64,000 nucleotides of DNA from contig NC_092676.1 of assembly GCF_964355755.1 (NCBI RefSeq), positions 19,796,871 through 19,860,870 on the forward strand. Direction: 5' to 3'. Shown piece by piece: positions 37,495-50,736 of this stretch (positions are counted from its first letter, which is position 1; each line of letters begins with the position of its first letter). Origin of the DNA: Antedon mediterranea. Lineage: Eukaryota > Animalia > Echinodermata. Under the pieces are notes generated by a model. It searched no databases, had not been told where the DNA came from, and saw only the letters and a program-made list of their open reading frames with translations. The position numbers and the translations under genes are program-made.

Positions 37495-40400
37495 TCAAAA
37501 TGATAAGGCAACCCCTTTAATGTTTGTTGGCTCAGGTGGCGTTTCAATATCAACTTTGCTATCGATAAGACGAAGCTCAGACTCAGCAGGCGAGGGCGTT
37601 CCTCCAGCGCCAGCTAACACTGCAAAATAAAAAAAAATTTAACTTTACAATTAATGGTACTGTATATTTATTTATATTTGTATGTTAAAAAACATTTAAA
37701 ATTATATCTAAAGGCCAGCTTCCCCTAGTCACGATAATGTCATTATTGTAACTGAAATCACATCTGGCTCAGGGCCCCACTAAATTTCACAGTTTGTAAT
37801 GCAAAAGATAGGACACTAATTTCAATCAAAATTGTTTAGGCCCTGCCCTCCTTCCATCCCTATTTCAAAATCCTGGATCGACCACAGACTGATGATGACA
37901 TCATAGAAAACCTGTCTATAAAGGATGAATATAAAAGTAATGTAGTCTTTTTAAAAGTTTGAATATTTTTCAGCTTTCCTATCATCTAGTTTAACAGGGT
38001 TGACTGTTTCTAAATTTCACTTACAATGGGCCTGCTTGTAAGTTCTTTGCAAAATCCCTTGCATTGTTGATAACACCTGTTCACACGCAAGCTGAATAAA
38101 AATACAAAATTATGAACATGTCACATTTGTAAATACTATATACAGTAAAATCCCCTCCTCTAGGACACCACTATTCAAAGGACACCCCTATTAAGACACT
38201 TTCCCATGGAACGAGGGGAAATATATATTTAATATTCAGGGGACACCAATATTCAGGGCACATATTGCTTAAGCTCTGTCTACACTATCTAATTTTACGT
38301 GACAAAAAAAATATGATGTGCCCGTATATGGATATGATGTCATATTACAGTACTATCATATTTGGGTTTGATTATACTGTACATAAAGCTCTGTCTACAC
38401 TATCAAACTTTGTGACAAAAGTATGTGATGTGCCCATATGGACATAATGATGTCATATCACTACCATATTTTTGGGCACATCACACCTTTTTTGTCAAAC
38501 TAGTTTGATAGTGTTGACAATATTAATATTATGTCCTGTTGAGATAATGGATATCACAAAATATCCTGAAAGACAAACAAATCCTTCTATATTTGACTAC
38601 ATTATTACATAATTATGCATTATACTTCATCAATGTATTACATCATTTTAATTATTTTTCAATAAAAAAAAAGAGAAAAACATTCCATTAACCTGAAGAT
38701 TGTCTGGATGTCTGTGTGTCCATACGAGTAGAAGAGCAGAGAAGACATCACCAGTTCCAGTAAATCTCATGTTTAACTTTGGATACTCAACTTTACAACC
38801 AGTCTTCTTCCCGTCTGTAAGGAAAAACACAAGTCAAAAGTAAATGGGATACTAGTATGAATTGGGTAAAGCTCCGTCTACACTATCAAATATATGTGAG
38901 AAAAAATGTGATGTGACTATATATGGACATGATATATATATATATTTGGGCATATCACTACCATATTTGGACACATCACACTTTTTTTGTCAAAGTTTGA
39001 TAGTGTATCAAGTATTTAATCTTAACTGGTGATCCTTCAATAGGGGTTCTCCTGGATTGGGGTGTCCCAAAGGGCAGGTTTTACTGTAGTTACCTTTAAT
39101 CTGTGTTCCAATTAGCGTTAGTGTATTTTCTTTCCCGGTTTCAATGCTACTAAGTACAACGGTCTTTACTCCTTTATCATGTAGAATTTGCATAGCTTTC
39201 AGTGCTTCTTCTTCATTGGTTATTTTTATTCCACTTAAAAGTCTAAAGTTAACCAAAAATATTATGTCATTAAAATCAGAAACAAATGAATAAGAAACAC
39301 ACACTATATGTGTCATGAAGATTTACAGGCGGTGGAGCAGCCATGGTAGTTTGATAGGTTATGGATTTGAACCCATCACCCTGGGATGTACAAGCATGCA
39401 TGGTAACCACACAGGATGAATATCTTTTATTTCTGTTTACACATTGTAGTAGGAGTAATTCATTCTTTTACTGCTCTACATGATGAAATGTGAATTCTTT
39501 TCTGGGAGCTTGAGAACGGAGCAGTGTAAATGGCTCCTCTGCTTCTTCATAATTGGTTGGTTATCTTAGGATATTTAATGAATCATTTTTTGTGTGTAAA
39601 GCGCTTAGAAACATTGTACTGTATTAGGTGCTATATAAGACTACCATTATTATTATTACTACACGACCACTGGAAAATGCATTGTGGCTACAGATGGACA
39701 TTTATTAAATTCTAATACTGTATAAACTAAACACTTCCTCTGTCACTTACTCAGCCTCAAACTGGTTTGGTGTAACTATATCAGCCAGAGGTAACAGTTC
39801 ATCACGATAAATTGGCATCAGTTCTTCTGGAACATAAAATCTACCATTATCGCCCATAACTGGATCGCACACATACACCATATTTGGGTTGGCCTGTTGT
39901 GCATCTTTCACCACTCGTATAACCTCTCGGAGAAAAGACGTTGAGCCTACATAGCCTGTAGAGTAATACAAATGTTATGTTATCCATTTATTTTCCGTAT
40001 TGAAATAAATATCTTAATTAAATTAATGCTTTTACTTTTTTAAAGTTACATTTATGAATAATAAAAAATACTTTGGTTAGTACGAGGAATATGTGCATTG
40101 TATGTTTTAATAATAATAATAATTTATTAATATGTATTTCAAATGTTTTTTCTTACTAAGACAGTGTTCACTACAAGCACATCCTTACCAGTTAAAACAT
40201 GGGACATAAGAAGCTAAAATCTAGTGTATGTATGAGGCTATTCAACTACTGTAGGCTTACATCCTTACCAGTTAAAACGTGAGAATATCTATTTATGTCA
40301 TTTTCCTTGATACCATCATATAGACATTTTAGTTCATCAGCATTTAAAACCTGCCCTTTGAAAACCTTATATTGTGTGTGGGTACATAGTTGTACTGAGT

Positions 40401-41024
40401 TGATAAAATCTACTTCATATCCAAGAACCTGTTTTAATGAAGATAATAATAATAATAATAATAATAAGATTTATACAGCGCATATATCCACTAAAGTGCT
40501 GAAGGCGCTTCTGAAAACCATGAAACATATTAACCTTAAACCTAAAAAACAGTTTATAATTTAATTCATTTATAGGCCTAGCCTAGGCTCTAGCTAGAAC
40601 TTCTTGAATTGAAAATGAGATAATCTAATTTTTGCACAAGTTAAGTTTAGTTTAACAATAAACATTATTCATTAATAATAAAACAACGATGTTATTGATA
40701 ATAATTATTAATCTCTAGGCTAGGCCTACCTGATCTATTTCTGTTCTATATATCTAACAAATGAAGTTAGGCTAGGCCTCCACATTTATCCGCAAAGGGG
40801 GAGTGGCTCATTAACTTGTCTGGCGGGAGAATCCTTCCCCTGCTTGCTGTTAGTGTTGGAGCTAGCTTAGGCTTAGCTAGGCCTGGCTTAGCCTAGCTAG
40901 GCCTAGAGAGGCCGAATATATATGCAATTCTCACCTGCATTGGGAAAACGGCTGCCTTATTTCCAACATATCCGGACACAACATGACTCTGAATTGACAA
41001 AACACGGCGATCATATATTGACAT
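37495..41024 (-). CDS. PDXK: Pyridoxal kinase paralogue B (more canonical), 7 exons, 305 aa
   Basis: Exons 41024-40935, 40428-40269, 39955-39751, 39242-39094, 38814-38693, 38091-38025, 37619-37495 total 918 nt. Motifs: [57 protein letters not shown]. Confidence 0.93.
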
Positions 41025-42349
41025 TTTGGTGTATTAATACTTAGAAAAGACAAAGAAACCAATAAAAACTTAAAAACAGAATTCTCTCACACATGCGACA
41101 TGCGACACCAAACCACCACCAGAGTTCAGCAGAGAGAGAGGCCACCAGACCATGCGCCAGAGGGCGATATTGAACAAAAGGTCAATAATACTAGTATCAC
41201 GTAAATGTATTCGGGGATGGGGAAGGTTCGAAGAATTGGCGATTTTATCAATTAATTAAAAAACAAAATATAATATATGACTCAATTATATCATATAATG
41301 AAATGTCAATAACAAGTAAAGTAAAATTTATGTTTAAATAAATATCTATATATAAGAAATTATATTGACAAAGGAAAACGCAAACAACAAATAAATCATA
41401 AAATCAACAGAAGTAACATAAACATGAATGAAACTAAATAAGAATCATAGCCTAATTAATGGACCAGGTTCGTAGAAGAAGAAATTCAAAGATCAAATGG
41501 GGAAGAAATATATTTGGAATAGTAAAAAGAACAATCCATAAAGAATTAACATTAGGCGCAGGAGCCCCGGATAGCGTTACGAAGTCGTTAACTCTGTCAG
41601 CCCATGGTCAGCCCAACTAATGTGTTTTTCCCAAGGACAATGTATCAATAACTAAACTTTGTCACCACCCATAAGTGTGCTGTTCATTTCCTATTGACCA
41701 ATGAACACCAATGTAACTGGACCTGAGTTTCTTGCTATTCGACCTTGGGTGCAAATTATACAATTAATTGATGTTAAGGCCACTGACTACTCTTTTCTGT
41801 ATAGAAACACTGAATTGACTGAATAATAAGAAAACCCTACAATAATTTCTACTACTACTGTACTTGATATGGTGTTATACAAGAACTATATTAAAAGGAT
41901 TGAATGTATGGAGAATGAAAAGTTAAACGTTATAACTTATGTAAAACATCACTTAGATGATATCCATCAGATATATCATTTTCTAAAAATTGTTTCATTA
42001 GTTAGAATAGATCACGGAAAACCAATACCAATACTGATCTGGACTCGGAAATTCAAAATGTAGCAGGCAACGTTTCACCAATGAAAACTTTCAAGACAAA
42101 CAAAGTATCATAATTATCATGATATCCATTTTTATTTAATAACGATAAATGGATATTTCGTCTTTTTTGTTATTTTGTGATGGAAAATATATTGAGTGAA
42201 CATTGGCACTGAGCTTAAATGTTCCCCGTCCCCTTAATGTCCGCTTTATAGGAGTGTCCCCTCAGTAAAGATTTGCTGTTTTTCCCCTTAATAATAAATT
42301 ATGATGTCCATCTTATCCTCTCAATTTTAATGTGCTACACCCGATAATA

Positions 42350-42527
42350 GAATACACATCTAGCTCGTGTGTACTTAAAGAACCTAGTACATCTTTCGAG
42401 ACGAGTAGGGGTTTACCCCGGTGTATTAGTACATCACAGCCACTGATCACCAACTGGGCCCTCTGGGAGACCAGTCTTTGACTGAAGAGGTTACCCAGTA
42501 TAAATATATATTTCAATTCAATTCAAT
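42350..42527 (+). mobile_element. 5'-truncated SINE (Nin-domain-like core), same family as 63262-63510
   Basis: Matches the reverse complement of 63280-63412 (GAGTAGGGG-TTACCCC...CCCTCTGGGAGACCAGTCTTTGACTGAAGAGGTTAC) and ends in (TTCAA)n. Confidence 0.7.
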
Positions 42528-42544
42528 AGAATAACTGTACAGTA

Positions 42545-44470
42545 GGCTCCCATTTGATGCAATGTGTTACCCAATGTGCTCAATTTGATTGTGCTACCCA
42601 AATCCATGCTATCCATTTGAAATAATTTGCTATCCATTTGAAAGAATGTGCTACCCGATAATCCGTATAGAATAATGTACAGTACAATTATATCCATTTG
42701 ATTGTGCTACCTAATGTGCTATCCATTTGAAAGAATGTGCTATCCATTTGAAAGAATGTGCTACCCGATAATCCGTATAAAATAATGTACAGTACTATAT
42801 CCATTTGATTGTGCTACCTAATGTGCTATCCATTTGAAAGAATGTGCTACCCGATAATCCTTATAGAATAATGTACAGTACTATATCCATTTGGCTGTGC
42901 TACCTAATGTGCTATCCATTTGAAAGAATGTGCTACCCGATAATCCGTAGGCTATAGAATAATGTACAGTACAATTATATCCATTTGATTGTGCTACCTA
43001 ATGTGCTATCCATTTGAAATAATGTGCTACCCGATAATCCTTATAGAATAATGTACAGTACTATATTCATTTGATTGTGCTACCCAATGTGCTATCCATT
43101 TGAAATAATGTGCTATCCATTTGAAATAATATGCTATTTGAAAGAATGTGCTACCCGCGATAATCCGTATAGAATAATGTACAGTACAATTACATCCATT
43201 TGATTGTGCTACCTAATGTGCTATCCATTTGAAATAATGTGCTATCCATTTGAAAGAATGTGCTATCCATTTGAAAGAATGTGCTACCCGATAATCCGTA
43301 TAGAATAATGTACAGTACAGTACTATATCCATTTATTTGATTGTGCTACCCAATGTGCTATCCATTTGAAAGAATGTGCTATCCATTTGAAAGAATGTGC
43401 TACCCGATAATCCGTATGAAATAATGTACAGTACTATATCCATTTGATTGTGCTACCTAATGTGCTATCCATTTGAAAGAATGTGCTACCCGATAATCCT
43501 TATAGAATAATGTACAGTACTATATCCATTTGGCTGTGCTACCTAATGTGCTATCCGTTTGAAAGAATGTGCTACCCGATAATCCGTAGGCTATAGAATA
43601 ATGTACAGTACAATTATATCCATTTGATTGTGCTACCTAATGTGCTATCCATTTGAAATAATGTGCTACCCGATAATCCTTATAGAATAATGTACAGTAC
43701 TATATCCATTTGATTGTGCTACCCAATGTGCTATCCATTTGAAATAATGTGCTATCCATTTGAAATAATGTGCTATTTGAAAGAATGTGCTACCCGATAA
43801 TCCGTATAGAATAATGTACAGTACAATTACACATCCATTTGATTGTGCTACCTAATGTGCTAACTATTTGAAATAATGTGCTATCCATTTGAAATAATGT
43901 GCTATCCATTTGAAAGAATGTGCTATCCATTTGAAATAATTTTCTATCCATTTGAAAGAATGTGCTACCCGATAATCCGTATAGAATAATGTACAGTAGG
44001 CCTACTATATCCATTTGACTGTGCTACCTAATGTGCTATCCATTTGAAATAATGTGCTACCCGATAATCCTTATAGAATAATGTACAGTACTATATCTAT
44101 TTGATTGTGCTACCCAATGTGCTATCCATTTGAAATAATGTGCTATCCATTTTGAAATAATGTGCTATCCATTTGAAAGAATGTGCTATCCATTTGAAAT
44201 AGGCCTAATGTGCTATCCATTTGAAAGAATGTGCTACCCGATAATCATAGAATAATGTACAGTACTATATCCATTTGATTGTGCTACCTAATGTGCTATC
44301 CATTTGAAAGAATGTGCTATCCATTTGAAAGAATGTGCTATCCATTTGAAAGAATGTGCTACCCGATAATCCGTATAGAATGCACAGTACAGTTATATCA
44401 TAGTTATATCCATTTGATTGAACTATCTATTGTGCTATCCGTTTGAACTAATGTGCTGTCTGTTTGAAAT
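42545..44470. repeat. Composite satellite: ~65-bp module plus 1-4 copies of a 21-bp subunit (GCTATCCATTTGAAAGAATGT), about 16 monomers
   Basis: Recurrent CTACCCGATAATCCGTATAGAATAATGTACAGTAC module. Diagnostic variants recur at a ~639-bp period. Confidence 0.95.
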
Positions 44471-46177
44471 AATTCAGGTTTTTTTTTTTTTAATATGTTT
44501 TGCTATCCATTTTAAACGTGCTAAACAAGTTACATATTTGTTGATATAAATTTGCGGTACACCACGTAGGCCTATATTAGTTCTGAAAAGAACTGTTGAG
44601 TTGCTTGACGTTTCGATTTTTTAGGCCTACTCCAAAGTCAAAGTCTCCAAAAGCTATTCCATCATGTCGTATTCGGGGAATCGCCCACAAGTGTTTTCTC
44701 AGAGAAGGGTATGTTCTGTATGGGGTTCTGTATGCTATTTGTTAATAATGTACAAAAAATAAAATGAAAAATCATATTAATTATCGGTATGTACGGAGGA
44801 AGCTCGAACAAGACGAAGCGCGAAACAAATAAAAGCGCAGCGCGAAACATCTGAAATGATATACAATTTCTCAAAACATGAAAACACAGAATATATTATA
44901 TTAATATAACTTTTTAATATTTCCAAAGGCTCGGACAAGGAAGAAGGGCCTTAAAAAACTGAATTGCTATAATGTTAGACCACATTTCCATAACTTTTCA
45001 AAACTCATCGAACCCTCTGCTAGTAGGCCTAATTAATATAGGAGCGTATCGCCAAATCATTAGAGAAAAAAAAAACATGGCATGAAGATGTAATTAATCA
45101 AACAACGGCCAAAGAATACCAACAATTTTAATTTAGGTTTCGATTCGTAATTACTAATGTGGTGGACTAAGCCTAGTTTGAAACTATAGTGACCATTTAT
45201 TTTAGAAAGAAAGATAGACAAATTTGTTTCCATCTCCATGTTATTGTTAATACCAAGGCACTTTTCAATTAAAAATTCTGGCCTAGTATTCTTGCAAGGT
45301 CGTCACAGCTCCAGTTACAAAGGTCGTCACAGCTCCAGTTACAAACGGTGATACAGAGTGTCAATCATTTGACCAGTGAACAGCCCACTGGTAGGATAGT
45401 CCTTGAAACCGTCCGTAAAACCAGGGTTTAACTCTTCCCTGGTAAAACACATTAATCACTCACATCAGTCATGCCGCTAATGGTTGAAAACCTCACTTTT
45501 TGGGGTTTTCAAACGTAACGCTATCCGGGGCTCCTGCGCCTAATGAAATATCGCAAGTATTACTACATTTTCATTATATGTCATTGCCATTCTTCGCGCA
45601 ATTATAAACAAAACATTATCGATAGATCATGTACGCTAGTCAGTAGGCCTACCGTTAGTTAGCCACTCAACTTTTTGACGTAACGGTTTTAATTATTGTT
45701 TTTTCTTCATTAAATGATGCTTTTTTACACTGATATTCTACAGGTATTTAATAATTTAAGAAATAATGATTTAATGTAAATTTATTTGTGTAACGTAAAA
45801 TAGTCTGAAATTCTATGATTATTTGTAAATTTGGGCTTATATGGAATTAAATACATAAATATTTTGAGGATGTATTATTGTGGTTGGATTCAGTTTCCTT
45901 CTGTAGTTGATACTACAAGGTTTTTTTTAATCAATCAATAAAAAAATTATTTCATAACAAAGTCCGTGGCCTACTGTACAGAACAAAAATATAATACGCC
46001 TACTGTACATATTCTGGAGTAGGGTCGCTCCCATCGTAATTGACTGAACTGAACTGAACTGTACTTTTATTGTATCTCTTTTAAATCAGAGGCACAGTCT
46101 CAATGAGATGTGCAACAAGTTTACAGTGAAAAATAATACATACACACTTAAATATAAATACAAAACAAGAAATTAGA

Positions 46178-48311
46178 CAGTGGGACAGCCAGTCGACAAA
46201 TCGTGTCAAATTTCGACTCGGAGAGGGCGCCCTACTTTTCTAATTTAGTTGAAAATTGCTAAATTTTAGGGTGTTGGAAAAACACAATATTTGTAAATTT
46301 AGCTGATTATCGGAAAAATATTGTTAGTGAAATAAATTCATAAATGGTTTTAATATATTATCATGTAAAATTAAATGTATTTGAACAAAACGATAATCTG
46401 TAATTTAACGGCAAAATCAACCAATGTCTTTTTTCCGAAATTGTACCCTAGAAAATCATTAAAATAAAATGTTTAGAAAAATTGAACAGTCCTGAATTTA
46501 AAATCCCTGTTAGAAAAATTAATAATCTACAGAATACGATATTAAGATACAAAATTCGGTGGTTGGGATGCAGCTCCGACTATTCAAACTAAAGGTACCA
46601 CTATTTGTTCCATCGAAAACTAGCGAAACCGCCATTTTGTAAACTCATCGTCATCGTGTTTATGAATTTATTTATAGCGAACGATATACGCGATGTTTAT
46701 AATTGTCCGCGTATAAGAATTCATATAAATAAATACATTCCAATACAACGTATGTTATTACTTGTTTATTTATCACAGTATACATGTTAGTTGAGGAATA
46801 TTTATCATAACTATTATAATAGCTTTTATACGAGTCCGAGGCCTAGCCCTATTAGCGAGCGATTGTTCCAGGGGCGGAAAGTCACTTAGTGACGTTGTGG
46901 TCGGGCGCGTCGGGCCTAGCTAATATTAATAATATGACCTGAAATAAGCGGCTAACAAGAACTGTTATATACTTGCTTACAATTGTTTTGCTATTGATGA
47001 ACAAACAAGCAATTAGATTGAATAACAAATTATTTATTCATTTTTTTGGGGTAAAAACATGTACAAACTAGTACTGTATAATATAAATTAATACATTGTA
47101 GTATAAATATTAAACTAATACAGTATTAATAATAATAAAATATAAAATAGGCCTAACATACAATAAATATTCAATTTTTAAGGTCTACCACATGACAATA
47201 ACATAATTTACAGAGTATAGTGTAGTAGGTTTGCATTCAACATAAATATTTGTATTGTAATATTCATCTAAATCCTCTGCAACATACATTTTTGTAATTC
47301 AACATTTTGTTTTAAATAATTAAATTATAGTTTGGGTATGACAATGTCGGTAGGTACCGGTGTCATCTTTTTATCCACTTCACTCTCAGTTTGAAGTCAC
47401 AAAGAAAAAGAACTCTGCATCATCAACGATTCCTGAAAGTGTCAGAAAAAAATAATAAATATTATTTTAAAAAATGTTAATGTCTGGTTGTATATATAAT
47501 TATAATATTATATGATGACATAAAAGTAAGGCAAATGGAAGTATTTACTATTATTATTTATAATCTAGGCCTAGGCCTACTAGTAGCCTAGCTAGGCATC
47601 TATTGAGCCTAATAAATCAAATAATATATTAATACTGATTGAAAAAAAGTATTTTTTGGGGGGGATCAGATCACCAGGCTAGGCCGGCCAGGACCAATGA
47701 TACTCGTAATCAGTACAACTTAACGACTATCGGATCAGCATCAACACAGTACAACACACGTCTCGCTATCGCCTATACTGACACACGTGTCTCGCGTTGC
47801 CGAAACCACGCTCACAGCTAGAAAATGTACCTACCTTTCGAGGCCTGAGAATACACCAACAAATTTTGAACAGGATAGAAATATATCATACTCGATTAAA
47901 CTAATATTATTCTTGATAAAACAATTGATTATAATTGTTTTAATTTGTTGGGATGCACCTCCGACTATTCAGAAAATGGACAACAAAACAGTAGTCAAAT
48001 CGTACCACATTTATAAATTTCACGAGTCCCGACTTCAGTCGCCGAATGTATTGTATTAGCTTCGGTTTCTTTGAAAGAAACCGATTGGTTATTCAATTAT
48101 ACTTATTAGGAAATGCTTTTACCATAATAGGTAATGTTGGGCGGTTCTTAAATATTCATGAGAGCTTAAAATAAAACAGCACTTATTTGCTAGGCGACGA
48201 AAAATCGTGGTTTCAGTTTTCAACGATAGGTGGCGCTTCAAAATCGTCAATGCGGAAGTAAGTCGATTTTACACGATTTAACGGTCAAAACGCGAAGTGG
48301 CTTTCCCACTG
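46178..48311. mobile_element. 2.1-kb non-autonomous TIR element with CAGTGGGA termini and a 4-bp TSD
   Basis: TAGA|CAGTGGGACAGCCA ... TGGCTTTCCCACTG|TAGA. Subterminal AAATCGTGT motifs at both ends. Internal direct repeat GTTGGGATGCA-CTCCGACTATTCA at ~46562 and ~47947. Confidence 0.65.
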
Positions 48312-48477
48312 TAGACATAAGAACAAAATAAAAAAAAAAAAAAAAATTAAGAAAACTTAGACAGATTAAATACTAAGAAAATGAATAAATTAAGTTTGAG
48401 AAGGAATTGTATTATATATATCATTTCGTGTGTTCCAAGATTTCGTGTGACCTACCAACATTCCAGTAAATTCGATA

Positions 48478-49111
48478 CGGGTTGGGTAGGTTTGGCCAGT
48501 ATGCGTACCTTTTTATGGCCAGCGGGCGTCCCGGAAATTGCGCAATATGGCCAGCGGGCGTCCAATTATTGCGCAATTTCTGTTCAATGGCAGCGTCCGC
48601 TCCGTGCGTGTGAAATACGTACAATGCGACAGATGGCGCTATATACATAATTAATTTTATATATACAGAATGTGCAAGTAGGGCAAGCCTGAACTGAGGC
48701 CTCTAAAATCCAATCTATCTGTTCAGAGCAGGCTAGCCTAAGTTAAACTGATTTATAGTAAATTATACTACTGTATTTTAGGGCCTAATTAATAACAATA
48801 ATTATTAATAGTTTTAACTATTATAATGTCAATCAAAAAACATTTTAAATGAAAGTTCACATTATTTAATATTTTTTTTCTGATAAATAATAATAGTAGT
48901 ACGTGGCCGGCCGGCATCTCGCGCGGGAAATGTAAATATAACGCCCTCTCTGTCGCATTGTACGTATTTTTCACACGCATGGAGCGCGCGGACGCTGCCA
49001 TTGAAAACATATTGCGCAATAATTGGACGCCCGCTGGCCATATTGCGCAATATCTGGGACGCCCGCTGGCCATAAAAAGGTACGCATACTGGCCAAACCT
49101 ACCCAACCCTG
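48478..49111. mobile_element. MITE with ~165-bp TIRs and TA flanks (Tc1/mariner-like)
   Basis: TA|C(A)GGGTTGGGTAGGTTTGGCCAGTATGCG... and its reverse complement ending CCAACCCTG|TA. Each arm contains internal ATGGCCAGCGGGCGTCC repeats. Confidence 0.85.
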
Positions 49112-49334
49112 TAGGTAAATTCAACAACATTCCTAATTTTCCAGCCTCCGACAAACGTAGGCCTACTTACTAATCAAATTAATTCTACTGTCTAGTAACT
49201 GTCTGTATACATCTTATGGACTTCCTCCCGAGACGTACTTTGGGGTTTGCCAGTTTTTCATTTTTTCAGCATTAGTAAACTATAAGCTTCCGCGTGATAC
49301 AGTTTCCTAATGCTTCTGTCCTCTTGAATATAAC

Positions 49335-49614
49335 TGCCTAAAGGCGCGGCGTGAAAAACGTTTTATTAAATTAAACCCGGAGTCCCCCTTTAAAAGTTTT
49401 AATCACTGGTTGTGTAATGAGTGAATATGATGACTTGTGCAACCAATCAAAATCGTTACTTTATGCCACGTGACTAAATGTCAGATTTTGAACCATGAAA
49501 AATAGCGGATCCAGTGAAGTGTGCCAACTTATCATCGTCAAACAAACATAGAGTTAACGATAAATAACCGAAATATTTGTTTGAAATTTTACTGCTTAAA
49601 ACTGGTAGAATATT
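49335..49614 (+). promoter_or_regulatory. Putative CKAP5 promoter and non-coding exon 1
   Basis: E2F-like GGCGCGGCGTGAAAA (~49343), CCAAT (49443), CACGTG (~49467), CHR-like TTTGAA (~49488), a GTAAGT donor at 49615, then a CTAG/AGGCCT-rich tract. The next acceptor before the ATG exon is at 54646. Confidence 0.45.
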
Positions 49615-49953
49615 GTAAGTTTTTGATGTGACATTTGTAGTAATTCAATCTATTAATATGTGTAGTTTTCATCAAATATAACTTAGGTTTTATTCTGTGA
49701 ATTAGTAGGCTAGTGTAGCCGCTAGGTCTGATGAAAATATTTTTTTCCTACCCGGCCTACTCTGAAGGCCAGGTAGGCCTGGTCGTATACCAAGAGGAGA
49801 AGTTTAGCCTAGCTAGTGTGGGGCCTAGAAGACGACTAAGAACAAAATAGCACACAGAGGCTTAGGGCCCATGTTTATGGATTATTTATTGTGATATTTC
49901 TTCTCATCACAGATTGATTGACTATGACTATCAATTAATCAGCAAAATTTATT

Positions 49954-50736
49954 CGCTGTGGCTAAAGATACGGTACCGTATTCTAACTTCTGTTTACTAA
50001 AGGTACGGTAAAATTGCATTACGTCATAATCAGCCAATGGGGTGCTGGTACGTGTGTGACGTCATCGTATAAGGACTTTTGTTTTTTTTTCATATCATCG
50101 CGTCTGTTGCATGATATGTAGACAATTCCTGTCGGCGGCGCCAGGCTGCATGGATGTGTGTGTGCGCGCTGATCGGAGGGTTTTATTTTTATTCCAAATG
50201 GCCTATAGGCCTATATTTTTTATTAAACTTTGTTTACAATGGTGACCATAAACAACAAGCAAATGCGGACAATAAAGGGGCCCTCAAATACTATGATTTT
50301 TTAGACAGTAGCCCCAGGTCTGAGTCACAGAAATCAGCGCACACATGCAGCTGGCCCCAGCCTGGCATCGCTTTCCCTACACAAACAAACTCATAAAATG
50401 AGGTTATAGTACGTAGTAAGTAGGCCTAGGCCTCTTTTGAAACGGTTTTCTGTATTCTAGAATTAAAATCAACATGTTTTGGCTTTTCAATAATAATAAC
50501 AGACGTAGGCTACATTTAGTTTTTGTCACACACGACGGCGATAATATAGAGATAAATGAAACATAAAGAAAATGCGGTTGATCACTGTTTTCCCGATATG
50601 AAAAAAATCCAAAGTCCTTATACGATGACGTCACACACGTACCAGCACCCCATTGGCTGGTTATGACGTAATGCAATTTTACCGTACCTTTAGTAAACAG
50701 AAGTTAGAATACGGTACCGTATCTTTAGCCACGGCG
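49954..50736. mobile_element. Mutator(MULE)-like MITE, ~140-bp TIRs, 9-bp TSD
   Basis: AAATTTATT|CGCTGTGGCTAAAGATACGGTACC ... GGTACCGTATCTTTAGCCACGGCG|AAATTTATT (TSD at 49945-49953 and 50737-50745). The arms are nearly identical. Confidence 0.88.

Larger units (their letters stand above)
41550..45545. mobile_element. ~4.0-kb non-autonomous DNA transposon with perfect 32-bp TIRs, carrying a satellite array
   Basis: CATTAGGCGCAGGAGCCCCGGATAGCGTTACG at 41550-41581 and its exact reverse complement at 45514-45545. Only a 2-bp AA direct repeat flanks it. No transposase ORF. Confidence 0.85.

Noticed and set aside
6149-41024. SLC22 plus PDXK as a vitamin-B6 uptake/salvage cluster
   Set aside because: About 18 kb and another gene separate them, adjacency in animals is weak evidence, and nothing in the sequence indicates the transporter's substrate.
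31292-41024. PDXK pair as an uncollapsed haplotype artefact
   Set aside because: The copies differ at many codons and have indels, different intron lengths and different TE insertions.
42545-44470. CRISPR-like appearance of the regularly spaced array
   Set aside because: The intervening segments are themselves repeated (no unique spacers), there are no cas genes, and the context is eukaryotic.
46178-48311. RAG/Transib transposon (RSS-like ACAGTG ends)
   Set aside because: Both ends lack the terminal C of CACAGTG, the TSD is 4 bp not 5 bp, and no RAG1-like ORF is present.
48381-49173. Mirror-image ORFs on both strands
   Set aside because: Translations of the GC-rich TIRs of one MITE.
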